Assembly: GCA_947373075.1 (NCBI GenBank)
Contig: CANBWF010000002.1
Location: 1 to 32,743, forward strand
Direction: 5' to 3'
Length of the DNA: 32,743 nucleotides
From: Actinomycetota bacterium
GTDB lineage: Bacteria; Actinomycetota; Actinomycetes; S36-B12; UBA5976
The notes beneath the pieces were generated by a model. The model ran no database searches. It saw only the letters and a list, made by a program, of their open reading frames with translations, and was not told the origin of the DNA. The position numbers were made by a program, and so were the translations under genes. Positions 1-7,129 of the stretch are shown here, piece after piece. Each line of letters begins with the position of its first letter. Position 1 is the stretch's first letter.

Positions 1-114
1 TGCCAATGAACCAGCAGTAATTGCGGTTAATTCAAATGACGGATGTGCATGGATTAAACGAATAAGTTCAGCACCGGCATAACCGGATGCCCCCGCAATA
101 GCTACAGTTGTCAT
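1..114 (-). CDS. argC: N-acetyl-gamma-glutamyl-phosphate reductase, 5' end only (38 codons; the gene continues off the left edge)
   Basis: The reverse complement of 1-114 translates to MTTVAIAGASGYAGAELIRLIHAHPSFELTAITAGSLA. This is the typical ArgC N-terminal Rossmann motif (GASGYAG). ATG at 114-112. An argC following pheST matches actinobacterial synteny. Confidence 0.8.
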   Translation of the reverse strand, partial: MTTVAIAGASGYAGAELIRLIHAHPSFELTAITAGSLA

Positions 115-122
115 TTCTCAAT

Positions 123-149
123 TATACATACTTATGCATAATTGCATAA
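123..149. promoter_or_regulatory. Putative ArgR operator (ARG-box-like TGCAT/ATGCA cluster) upstream of argC
   Basis: Plus strand reads TATACATACTTATGCATAATTGCATAA, 9-35 nt upstream of the argC ATG. Positions 123-140 match 14 of 18 positions of the actinobacterial ARG box as I recall it (AWTGCATRWWYATGCAWT). A further TGCAT half-site lies at 143-147. Confidence 0.4.
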
Positions 150-175
150 CTTGGGAAATGTCCAAGCGACCAAAC

Positions 176-202
176 GTTTAGTGGACTAGGAATCCACTAA
201 AC
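176..202 (-). terminator. Stem-loop just downstream of the GH16 gene stop (candidate weak intrinsic terminator)
   Basis: GTTTAGTGGA-ctaggaa-TCCACTAAAC forms a perfect 10-bp stem with a 7-nt loop. It starts 15 nt after the stop codon at 217-219. On the minus strand it is followed by GTTTGG, which is only a poor U-tract. Confidence 0.35.
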
Positions 203-216
203 CCACAATCGCCCAA

Positions 217-3200
217 CTACGGAGTAAGCGTTACCTTGCCTACGCCATTGACCGAGTAAAACTTTAGGTAATCCACGGTCATGCTGGTGGTAGTTAGAGC
301 AGAGTCAATATTTCCGCCCATTCCCCCACCCATCGCAACATTGAGAATTGCATAGAACTTAGGATCTGCCCCACCACTTGTTGGACCAAATGGCCACAAG
401 TTATTAGGCACACTGGCTTTGTTCAATGTGTAATTTGCAGTGCCATCGATGTACCAAGTCAGCGAAGTTGCCGTCCACAGCAGACCATAAGTGTGATACG
501 CGTCAGAAAGTTTGGTACTCAAGGAAACCGTATTGTTTCCAGGCCCCTGGATGTGATCCCACTGGTTTGTATTAGCCCAATGCGCAGTTCCCCAGTTGGT
601 GTAAGGAGCGTTTCCCTCACCTTCCATGATGTCAATTTCTCCACACAGCGGCCAGGCCCTAGTTGCAATATCTTGACCTAGCATCCAGAAAGCTGGCCAA
701 GTTCCGCCACCCGCCGGATTTTTAATACGAGCTTCCAAATATCCGTAAGTAAAATTCACCTTGCCGTATGTAGTAATTTTTCCGCTACTCCAAGTGCATT
801 TTCCGTAATAGCAATCAGGCGCCGTGTTTGTCGCGAGTTTGTTAGCCGTCATTACTAAGCCTGATGAGCCATTTAACTTGTTTGCATCAGCGGTGTACCA
901 CTCGCGCTCACCATTACCCCAGCCACAGTTACCCGAACTACAACCATCCTGAAGATCTGCGGTCCAATAACTAGCATTTGGTCCAGTGCCCGCCGTACCA
1001 GTGAATTCGTCCTGCCATAGCAGTGACATTGCAGGCGATGGCGTTGGTGATGCTGCAGGAGCTTGGTCGTAAGCGATGTTGATGATGTCTACGATGTCAG
1101 TGCTGACATTATTTACATACGCTGAAATCTGGGTGTATAAATTGCTACCCACAACATCAGTATTAACAATTGCAAAACTTACATTTCCGCTTGCATCCGT
1201 TAACGCACTTACCGTGCCCTGATGCACACCAGTGCCTGGATCCCAGCCACTGGTTGAAACTGAGCCAACGCGAACATGAGATGTGGAGTTGCTATAACCC
1301 TTACCCAAAATTAGAGTCACTGACTTATTTGCAGCGACTGCGCCCAATCTGTCCGTTACATGGAAAGTTACTGTCTTAGTAGAACTAACTGGCAGGTGAA
1401 TAGTTCCGTAATGCAAACCACTTGCATACCAGCCGTAACTAACCCAAAGCGCAGCATCTCCAGTATTTTGCACAAAGTCAGTGTTGTTGAAAGTTGTTTG
1501 TCGGATAGTCCACGGTCCAGCCGTAGTTGGAGTAGGAGTGGCCGTCGCAGTCGCAGTCGCCGTAGCGGTGGCCGTCGCAGTCGCAGTCGCCGTGGCGGTA
1601 GCAGTTGGCGTAGCGGTGGCGGTAGCAGTCGGCGTTGTACCAGGTGTTCTAAACGTTGCAGTTATTGGATCCGTTGAATACGCCGGACCTTTTTGTCTGA
1701 TTTCAAAAGTTGAACCAACCGTTGCACCAGTGAATGTTGCAATGAAATAGCCACTGCCATTTGCATCCAGCATTAATTGACACTGAGTATTGGCACCATC
1801 TGGATAGCAACTTGAACTTGACCATGGAGACGCGCCATCGGTGTGCGGAACACTTGAAGTCACGCCAGCAGAGATTCCATCTAGCGTGATCAATACTCGT
1901 TTACCAGAATTTGCAGCATTCGATGTGTAATTGATCCGCACAGGACGGCCTACATCAACATTAACCGCACCAGCAGTTACGGCTCGATTTGTGCCATCAA
2001 CTGTGACTGATACATTCGCGATCGGTCCACATAGCTGGGCAGCATCCCCTGCACATTCGAATGAGGTCAATGTTGGAGTTGGAGTTGCAGTTGCAGTTGG
2101 AGTCGACGAAACAGACGCTGTAGCAGTGGCAGTTGGTGACGCAGACGCAACTGCAATCAAAATAGATTGGGTAAGTTGCGAAGCCGCCGCATATAACGCG
2201 TTTCCTGAATTACTTGCCTTGATAGTGCATGTTCCTAGAGCAACCGGATGCACCGCCTTGGCCACCACTGTACAAATAGTTGGGGTTGAGCTTGTGAATG
2301 TAGTGGTTCCTGCATCGGCAGTTGCATCGAGTGTCTGATTAGCAGAAGTCAACGACATGTTAACTAATGGAGTCCAGTCGATCGCGTTAATTCCCTTTGT
2401 AACAGTAAGTGAGCGAGTTACCGCCTTCGCCACACCAAAAATCTCGTCGCCAAGGTTTGTTGCCTTCAATTTGCAGGCACCAGGTTTGATAGGCGTGACA
2501 TCTAAATCTGTGACTGAGCAGATAAGCGGAGATGTACTAATTACTTGCGTTACCCCGCCCGTTTCAGTTACGTCTAACGTTTGAACATCCCCATAATTCA
2601 TTGCTGAAGGCGCTGTGAAGTAAATGGCGTTCTTGGTAGCCACTGGCTTTAGAGTCTTAGCCGCAATAGCACTGTTGCCTAGGTAGTTTGTAGTTCGCAA
2701 TCTAAATGCATAGCCAAATCCGTTAGTTAAGTCTGTGATAACAATTGGACTACTTGTCGCGCTTTCCCAAGTCGCGCCCGCATCCATCGAGTAACTAACA
2801 TCTGTAATGGTTGAACCATTTGAGCTGCCAAGTGTGTAATTGATTTCCAGAGTTCGACTCTCGGACGTGTCGATAGTCTTGATAACGGGAACGGTTGGCA
2901 CCTTTGGCGCAACTGTGGATGGTGCCATGCTTACAAATGCAGAGTTCTGCGACTGGCCTACTCTGTTAATCGCATAGACGACAAAGTCGTAAAGGGAATT
3001 ATTGGTCAGGTTTGCAAAAGTAAATGAAGTAGCTGTCGCTCCAGGAAATGCCGAAAGAGTTACAGGACCATTTGAAGCTAGGACTCGATAGCCAGTTATT
3101 GCTGAACCACCGTTATTTGCTGGCGCAGTCCACCGAATTGTGGCAATGGTATTACCGCGAGTGACTTGTACATTCTGCGGAGCATCAGGAACGGTGACGA

Positions 3201-3300
3201 CCGGCGCAGATAACGCCGGACTGATCAGAAAAACAAATGCTGATGCAACTGCGAATGTTGTCGATTTTAGGACTCGCTTGCCGCGCATTTTTTCCCACAT
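217..3300 (-). CDS. Secreted multidomain glycoside hydrolase family 16 (laminarinase / beta-1,3(4)-glucanase-like) with signal peptide, two FN3 domains, two Ig-like Cys-pair modules and Thr/Ala/Pro linkers
   Basis: N-terminus KRVLKSTTFAVASAFVFLISPALSAP is signal-peptide-like. FN3 signatures are present (PDAPQNVQV...WTAPANNGGSAITGYRV). The C-terminal roughly 270 aa carry GH16 hallmarks, including the catalytic E-I-D-I-M-E (WPLCGEIDIMEGEG, nt 622-639) and TWPAFWMLG. The start may instead be the second ATG (MRGKR, nt 3288). Confidence 0.85.
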   Translation of the reverse strand: MWEKMRGKRVLKSTTFAVASAFVFLISPALSAPVVTVPDAPQNVQVTRGNTIATIRWTAPANNGGSAITGYRVLASNGPVTLSAFPGATATSFTFANLTNNSLYDFVVYAINRVGQSQNSAFVSMAPSTVAPKVPTVPVIKTIDTSESRTLEINYTLGSSNGSTITDVSYSMDAGATWESATSSPIVITDLTNGFGYAFRLRTTNYLGNSAIAAKTLKPVATKNAIYFTAPSAMNYGDVQTLDVTETGGVTQVISTSPLICSVTDLDVTPIKPGACKLKATNLGDEIFGVAKAVTRSLTVTKGINAIDWTPLVNMSLTSANQTLDATADAGTTTFTSSTPTICTVVAKAVHPVALGTCTIKASNSGNALYAAASQLTQSILIAVASASPTATATASVSSTPTATATPTPTLTSFECAGDAAQLCGPIANVSVTVDGTNRAVTAGAVNVDVGRPVRINYTSNAANSGKRVLITLDGISAGVTSSVPHTDGASPWSSSSCYPDGANTQCQLMLDANGSGYFIATFTGATVGSTFEIRQKGPAYSTDPITATFRTPGTTPTATATATPTATATATATATATATATATATATPTPTTAGPWTIRQTTFNNTDFVQNTGDAALWVSYGWYASGLHYGTIHLPVSSTKTVTFHVTDRLGAVAANKSVTLILGKGYSNSTSHVRVGSVSTSGWDPGTGVHQGTVSALTDASGNVSFAIVNTDVVGSNLYTQISAYVNNVSTDIVDIINIAYDQAPAASPTPSPAMSLLWQDEFTGTAGTGPNASYWTADLQDGCSSGNCGWGNGEREWYTADANKLNGSSGLVMTANKLATNTAPDCYYGKCTWSSGKITTYGKVNFTYGYLEARIKNPAGGGTWPAFWMLGQDIATRAWPLCGEIDIMEGEGNAPYTNWGTAHWANTNQWDHIQGPGNNTVSLSTKLSDAYHTYGLLWTATSLTWYIDGTANYTLNKASVPNNLWPFGPTSGGADPKFYAILNVAMGGGMGGNIDSALTTTSMTVDYLKFYSVNGVGKVTLTP
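1524..1640 (-). repeat. In-frame (ACN-GCN)n hexanucleotide repeat encoding a (Thr-Ala)n/Pro linker; contains a 30-bp tandem duplication
   Basis: Encodes TTPTATATATPTATATATATATATATATATATPTPT. The units at 1541-1570 and 1571-1600 (gccgtcgcagtcgcagtcgccgt[a/g]gcggt[g/a]) differ at only 2 of 30 positions. Confidence 0.85.
2072..2151 (-). repeat. Second, shorter Thr/Ala/Pro/Ser low-complexity linker repeat inside the GH16 gene
   Basis: Encodes AVASASPTATATASVSSTPTATATPTPT. The plus strand shows ggagtt/gcagtt hexamer reiteration. Confidence 0.7.
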
Positions 3301-3435
3301 TCAATTGAGCCGGATTGGCTATTGCCATTTAATCACAAACCTTGCGAATTGCTCACAAGTAGTCGAACAATAAAGTGATTCTTGGCTAAATCTTGGATAA
3401 GTGGACACTTACCGAGAAAAAGAAAAACTTGGCAT

Positions 3436-4743
3436 TTAGATCTTTCGCCGAGTCGGTATCTTCGATGCCAGCCTAATTAGCAAGTAATCAAACTTTAAAC
3501 GCTTATTGAAATGTGAAACTGAGTCTGCTACTTCCCTGCTTTCACCCCACACAATATTGCTTCGCTTGGCGAGGCGGTACCGAGCCAGAGACACCAAATT
3601 TGTTCGAGTTGGCGTAAGCGAAGGTTTTACACGAACCGGTGGCACAAACTTTCTACCAATTTTTCTAATTGCTATTCGAGCCGCGATTCCATCCTGACGA
3701 TGGCGCAACGTGGCATTCTGCGATTCGAGTAGTCGTTTGATAGGTAATTCAGTAAATGCGACATTCCCTTTAGCTGATGCTGACTGCAAAGAAGCTAAGG
3801 CGGTTGCAGATCTAACCAGCACTACTGAAGTTCCAAGAGCGTCTTCGCTTTCTGGCTTCAACCAGGCATCGCCAAACACAACGTCAGCCATTTCTGCGCC
3901 CACATCATCACAGAAGTCGCATAGCAAAGGTTTAAACAATCCGAATTGCCAGCCACCGTTTGGAACATCGCTCATGAGACTTGTTTCCACTTGCTGATTA
4001 ACCTCAACCTGGTACCCATATTTACTGGCAGGCCGATCCGCAATTTTGGTGCGGTAGTCAATCAATTCGCCTTTCGATGGCTTGCTACACGCAACAAGAT
4101 ATTCGGTCCAAGACTTAGATTTCCAATGCCCACAGAAAAACGAAACAAAATGTTGGATCGCCCCAAAACTTTCTGGACTTGATTGCGAAAGCCTTCTAAC
4201 GGCTGCGGTGAAGCATGGGTTAGCTACTATGGCTACCTTTGATTCGTCGGCAACAAATTCGGCGAGTTTGTGCAAATCTACTGGGAAGTAGCGTGTTTTA
4301 CAGCTTGCTCGTACTTCTTCACTCGACTTGGATTTAACATATTCGAAACCGCCACCAGCTTTTGGTGCGACATGAATAACGGCATCGACCAAACCTGAAT
4401 CCAAAATTTCACTGATATACTCAGTGAGCATTCCACCGCTACTACTAAGTGATCGCTGACTCGTCAGACTGTGTCCGACAAGTGCAGTTCTAATAGGACC
4501 CATTCTCGTGATTTGATCTAAGTCTGGAAAAGTTGCTGCCGATTCAGCACTTAGAGTTCTTGTTCCGTGGACTGCAGGACATACCGAGATTCCTCGCCCA
4601 GCATCATCACCAATCCGGATCGGCAACGGCATTGGACCTTCAGTGTCTAACTTCCAAGCTTCAGGTGCAACGACCGCGCACAGTCCACACCCAATGCACA
4701 AACCTGACTGAACCACTTGTTCGATGGACTTTAGTTTCTTCAT
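3436..4743 (-). CDS. Coenzyme F420 hydrogenase/dehydrogenase beta-subunit (FrhB)-like Fe-S flavoprotein, of the kind found in polysaccharide loci
   Basis: The N-terminal ferredoxin-type cluster motif CIGCGLC...VCP is followed by an FrhB-like body (SSSGGMLTEY, FFCGH). The gene is divergent from a pyruvyl transferase, a recurrent pairing in EPS/CPS loci. Confidence 0.7.
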   Translation of the reverse strand: MKKLKSIEQVVQSGLCIGCGLCAVVAPEAWKLDTEGPMPLPIRIGDDAGRGISVCPAVHGTRTLSAESAATFPDLDQITRMGPIRTALVGHSLTSQRSLSSSGGMLTEYISEILDSGLVDAVIHVAPKAGGGFEYVKSKSSEEVRASCKTRYFPVDLHKLAEFVADESKVAIVANPCFTAAVRRLSQSSPESFGAIQHFVSFFCGHWKSKSWTEYLVACSKPSKGELIDYRTKIADRPASKYGYQVEVNQQVETSLMSDVPNGGWQFGLFKPLLCDFCDDVGAEMADVVFGDAWLKPESEDALGTSVVLVRSATALASLQSASAKGNVAFTELPIKRLLESQNATLRHRQDGIAARIAIRKIGRKFVPPVRVKPSLTPTRTNLVSLARYRLAKRSNIVWGESREVADSVSHFNKRLKFDYLLIRLASKIPTRRKI

Positions 4744-4814
4744 GCATTACACCTAGTGACTAGAGCCGACAGCGGGATACTGCCTTGATTCTAGCGAAGT
4801 GTTAGGCTCAAACC

Positions 4815-5990
4815 ATGCATCCAAAATCCATCGCCAAGGACGTTGTGCGCCGGCTTAAGCGCCTTTACGCGAATCAATATTTGAACATGGCGAAACCCGC
4901 TTCCAAGAAAACTGGTCACCTTACAGCTCTATGGGCTGCGCCACGACTTACCACCAATGTTGGTGATCGCGCTTTAACAACTGGCTCAACTTTTGGAATT
5001 GGCCCTTCAAAAACCTTTCTTCTGTCACGAGATGAATATGCAATCTCATCGGAACTTGCGGCTGAAGTTCGAATCGACAAGGCCCTTGACCTTGCCAGTG
5101 GCTCCAAATTTAAAGAAAAATTCAAAACCATAGTTGACGCCGCATCTGTATGTGATTCTCTTTATATGATTGGCGCAGACATGATGGATGGCAAATATAA
5201 TCCTGATGCCAGTATGCGCAGATGGCGGATTGCAGAATGGTTTGCCAAAAACGTTGGCCCATCAGCAGTTGTTTCTATGAGTTGGAATACTAATCCGCAC
5301 CCGCTTTCAGTCACAGCTATAAAACGGGCTAGTGCTGCTGGCGTAAAGATATTCACCCGGGATGCTCTCTCGCAAGAACGCCTCCTAGAAATTGGAGTGA
5401 AGTCAATACTTACAAGTGATGTTTCGTTTGTAACCACCGAGCTTCGGGAACCAAATCTAGAAATTCAAAACTGGTTGAAGTCGGAAAAACGCACCGTAAT
5501 TGTTACTGTCAGTGACTGGGTAGTTAACAACAGCGCGATTTTTGAACTTCTCAAGTCGTCACTTAACTCGATCAATGCCAATTTCCAATTTCTTTTCGTT
5601 CCCATGGTTTCTGATGGGCAGAGCAGAGACTTGGAAGCGTGTGTGAAGCTTGCTGACGAAGTTGGCGGCTGGGTATTGCCTGAACTCCTGCGTCCCGAAG
5701 AATTGCGTTGGATTGCTAAGGAATCTGCCTTTGGAATTTCAGCTCGAATGCATTGCTGCCTACTCGGCTTTGCAGCTGGATTGCCAGCAATTGGCATTGA
5801 ATACCAAGGGAAATTTAAAGGCACTTTTGACATGCTTGGCCAAGCCAGATTTGCAATCGAGCCCGCCGCTTTCACGGAAAAATTTCCACAAGCTTTTGCA
5901 GAATTACTCAGCAACCACGGCGAATTGAGAAATGAAATTTCGATTCAGATTCCAGCGATTTCAGAAACCGCTCAATCTACCTTTCGATAA
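4815..5990 (+). CDS. Polysaccharide pyruvyl transferase family protein (CsaB/WcaK-like, PF04230-like)
   Basis: N-terminal TNVGDRAL motif (family pattern N-x-GD-x-A-L/I). C-terminal ISARMHCCLLGFAAGLPAIGIEYQGKFKGTFDMLG matches the family's R-[LM]-H...G-x-P-x-I-x-I-x-Y-x-x-K block. Confidence 0.75.
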   Translation: MHPKSIAKDVVRRLKRLYANQYLNMAKPASKKTGHLTALWAAPRLTTNVGDRALTTGSTFGIGPSKTFLLSRDEYAISSELAAEVRIDKALDLASGSKFKEKFKTIVDAASVCDSLYMIGADMMDGKYNPDASMRRWRIAEWFAKNVGPSAVVSMSWNTNPHPLSVTAIKRASAAGVKIFTRDALSQERLLEIGVKSILTSDVSFVTTELREPNLEIQNWLKSEKRTVIVTVSDWVVNNSAIFELLKSSLNSINANFQFLFVPMVSDGQSRDLEACVKLADEVGGWVLPELLRPEELRWIAKESAFGISARMHCCLLGFAAGLPAIGIEYQGKFKGTFDMLGQARFAIEPAAFTEKFPQAFAELLSNHGELRNEISIQIPAISETAQSTFR

Positions 5991-7094
5991 TTACAGCAAT
6001 CCTTGGTAAACCTCTATGTACTTAGTCACGTAGTTATCCCAAGATCGATCTTTCATATAATTTTTTGAACTATCTTTCATCAAGTCAATCTCTTGACTAG
6101 ATAACGTCTCAGCTATTTTCAGAGCGCTTGCCAGTCCAGCAACCTCATTATTTGGGTCGTACCATAAGGCCGAAGCTCGTGGGACCCAATTTAAAGAAGC
6201 TAAATCGGGCAATATGAGTGGAATGCCCAATTCCATGGCGTTGTTTACAATTCCAGAATTTGAAATTCTCCTAAATGGGCAAACTAAGAAATCCGCCGAA
6301 AACATCAGGTTACCGAATTCACTTTCTGACAAAAATGAAAACTTTAATGAATTTGCAATTTCATGTTTTTCTAATTCATCTGAGAGCAAGGAAAGCTTAG
6401 CCATTAGTTCAGGCTCACCAGGCGATCCAGCTACAGTTGCGTGCCCAGAGATTTGTGCCTCAATGGCGGCTTCCAAAAATAAGTCGGGACCCTTGTATTC
6501 GCGAACATGACCTAACGCTAGAAAATGCAAAGAGTCGGATTGAATCCCTAGTTCAGCTCTCGTGTCCGCTACAGATTGATTACTCAGTACAACTGGCTCA
6601 GCTGGAGGAATTATCGTCAAATTCTGTGCTGAAAAAGTTTCTATCAACTTAACTTTACTTTTCTGGTCAAAACAGATGATTGCATCACAGGCTGAAACCA
6701 AATTCTGCCGAGCTTTTCGATCATCTAGAAAAATCGGTTCATGCGGCAAGAAATTATGTGAAGTCCAGACTAATTTGAGCCCTGACACCCGGACTGAGAG
6801 CAGGAAAAATCTAAACCAAATGTAAAAGAATCGGCGGGCAAATTTACTTTTAAACCTCGTTCTTGCAAACTGACCGGCAACCCAGTGAATGTGGATAATT
6901 CTCAACCCGCTTATTCGATACCAAAACGGATAAATCGGCGAGAATAAAATAAGAAGAAATGCACTTTGCAATTTGGGCGATGACTTTATTGATTCAAAAC
7001 CAAATCTTGAAAGTGTTGCAACCAGTGAATTAACATGTGTGTTGTTGAACCAAACATAATGCACACACCGTGGCTTGGGTTTACTCAACTTCAC
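5991..7094 (-). CDS. Glycosyltransferase, GT-B fold (GT4/GT1-like)
   Basis: The C-terminal half is typical of retaining GT-B enzymes (LHFLALGHVREYKGPDLFLEA..., NSGIVNNAMELGIPLILPD). GTG start at 7094. An internal GTG nine codons downstream is an alternative start. The gene is markedly AT-rich. Confidence 0.6.
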   Translation of the reverse strand: MKLSKPKPRCVHYVWFNNTHVNSLVATLSRFGFESIKSSPKLQSAFLLILFSPIYPFWYRISGLRIIHIHWVAGQFARTRFKSKFARRFFYIWFRFFLLSVRVSGLKLVWTSHNFLPHEPIFLDDRKARQNLVSACDAIICFDQKSKVKLIETFSAQNLTIIPPAEPVVLSNQSVADTRAELGIQSDSLHFLALGHVREYKGPDLFLEAAIEAQISGHATVAGSPGEPELMAKLSLLSDELEKHEIANSLKFSFLSESEFGNLMFSADFLVCPFRRISNSGIVNNAMELGIPLILPDLASLNWVPRASALWYDPNNEVAGLASALKIAETLSSQEIDLMKDSSKNYMKDRSWDNYVTKYIEVYQGLL

Positions 7095-7129
7095 ACTCAG
7101 TAGCCTATGGCACTCAGTAGAATTGCACT

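Noticed and set aside
1524-1640. Short-period repeat array that might be mistaken for a CRISPR or satellite
   Set aside because: The period is 6 nt (with a 30-nt duplication), fully in frame inside a CDS, with no spacers. It encodes a TA-rich protein linker.
1170-2584. Several plus-strand ORFs (1170-1379, 1360-1677, 1481-1750 with VAVAVAVA..., 1931-2338, 2357-2584) antisense to the GH16 gene
   Set aside because: They are shadow frames of a long, well-supported minus-strand CDS. Their sequences are low-complexity mirrors of the Thr-Ala repeats (Val-Ala, Arg-Ser runs) with no family features.
3301-3435. Possible promoter or operator (TTGTGA-N17-TGATTA and the CTTGCGAATTGCTCACAAG partial palindrome) upstream of the GH16 gene
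   Set aside because: The match to sigma-70-type consensus is marginal and actinobacterial promoters are poorly defined. It cannot be supported without 5'-end data.
5162-5928. ORFs 5162-5437(-), 5465-5914(-) and 5650-5928(+) overlapping the pyruvyl transferase gene
   Set aside because: They are alternative frames of a CDS with clear family motifs. They show no independent signals.
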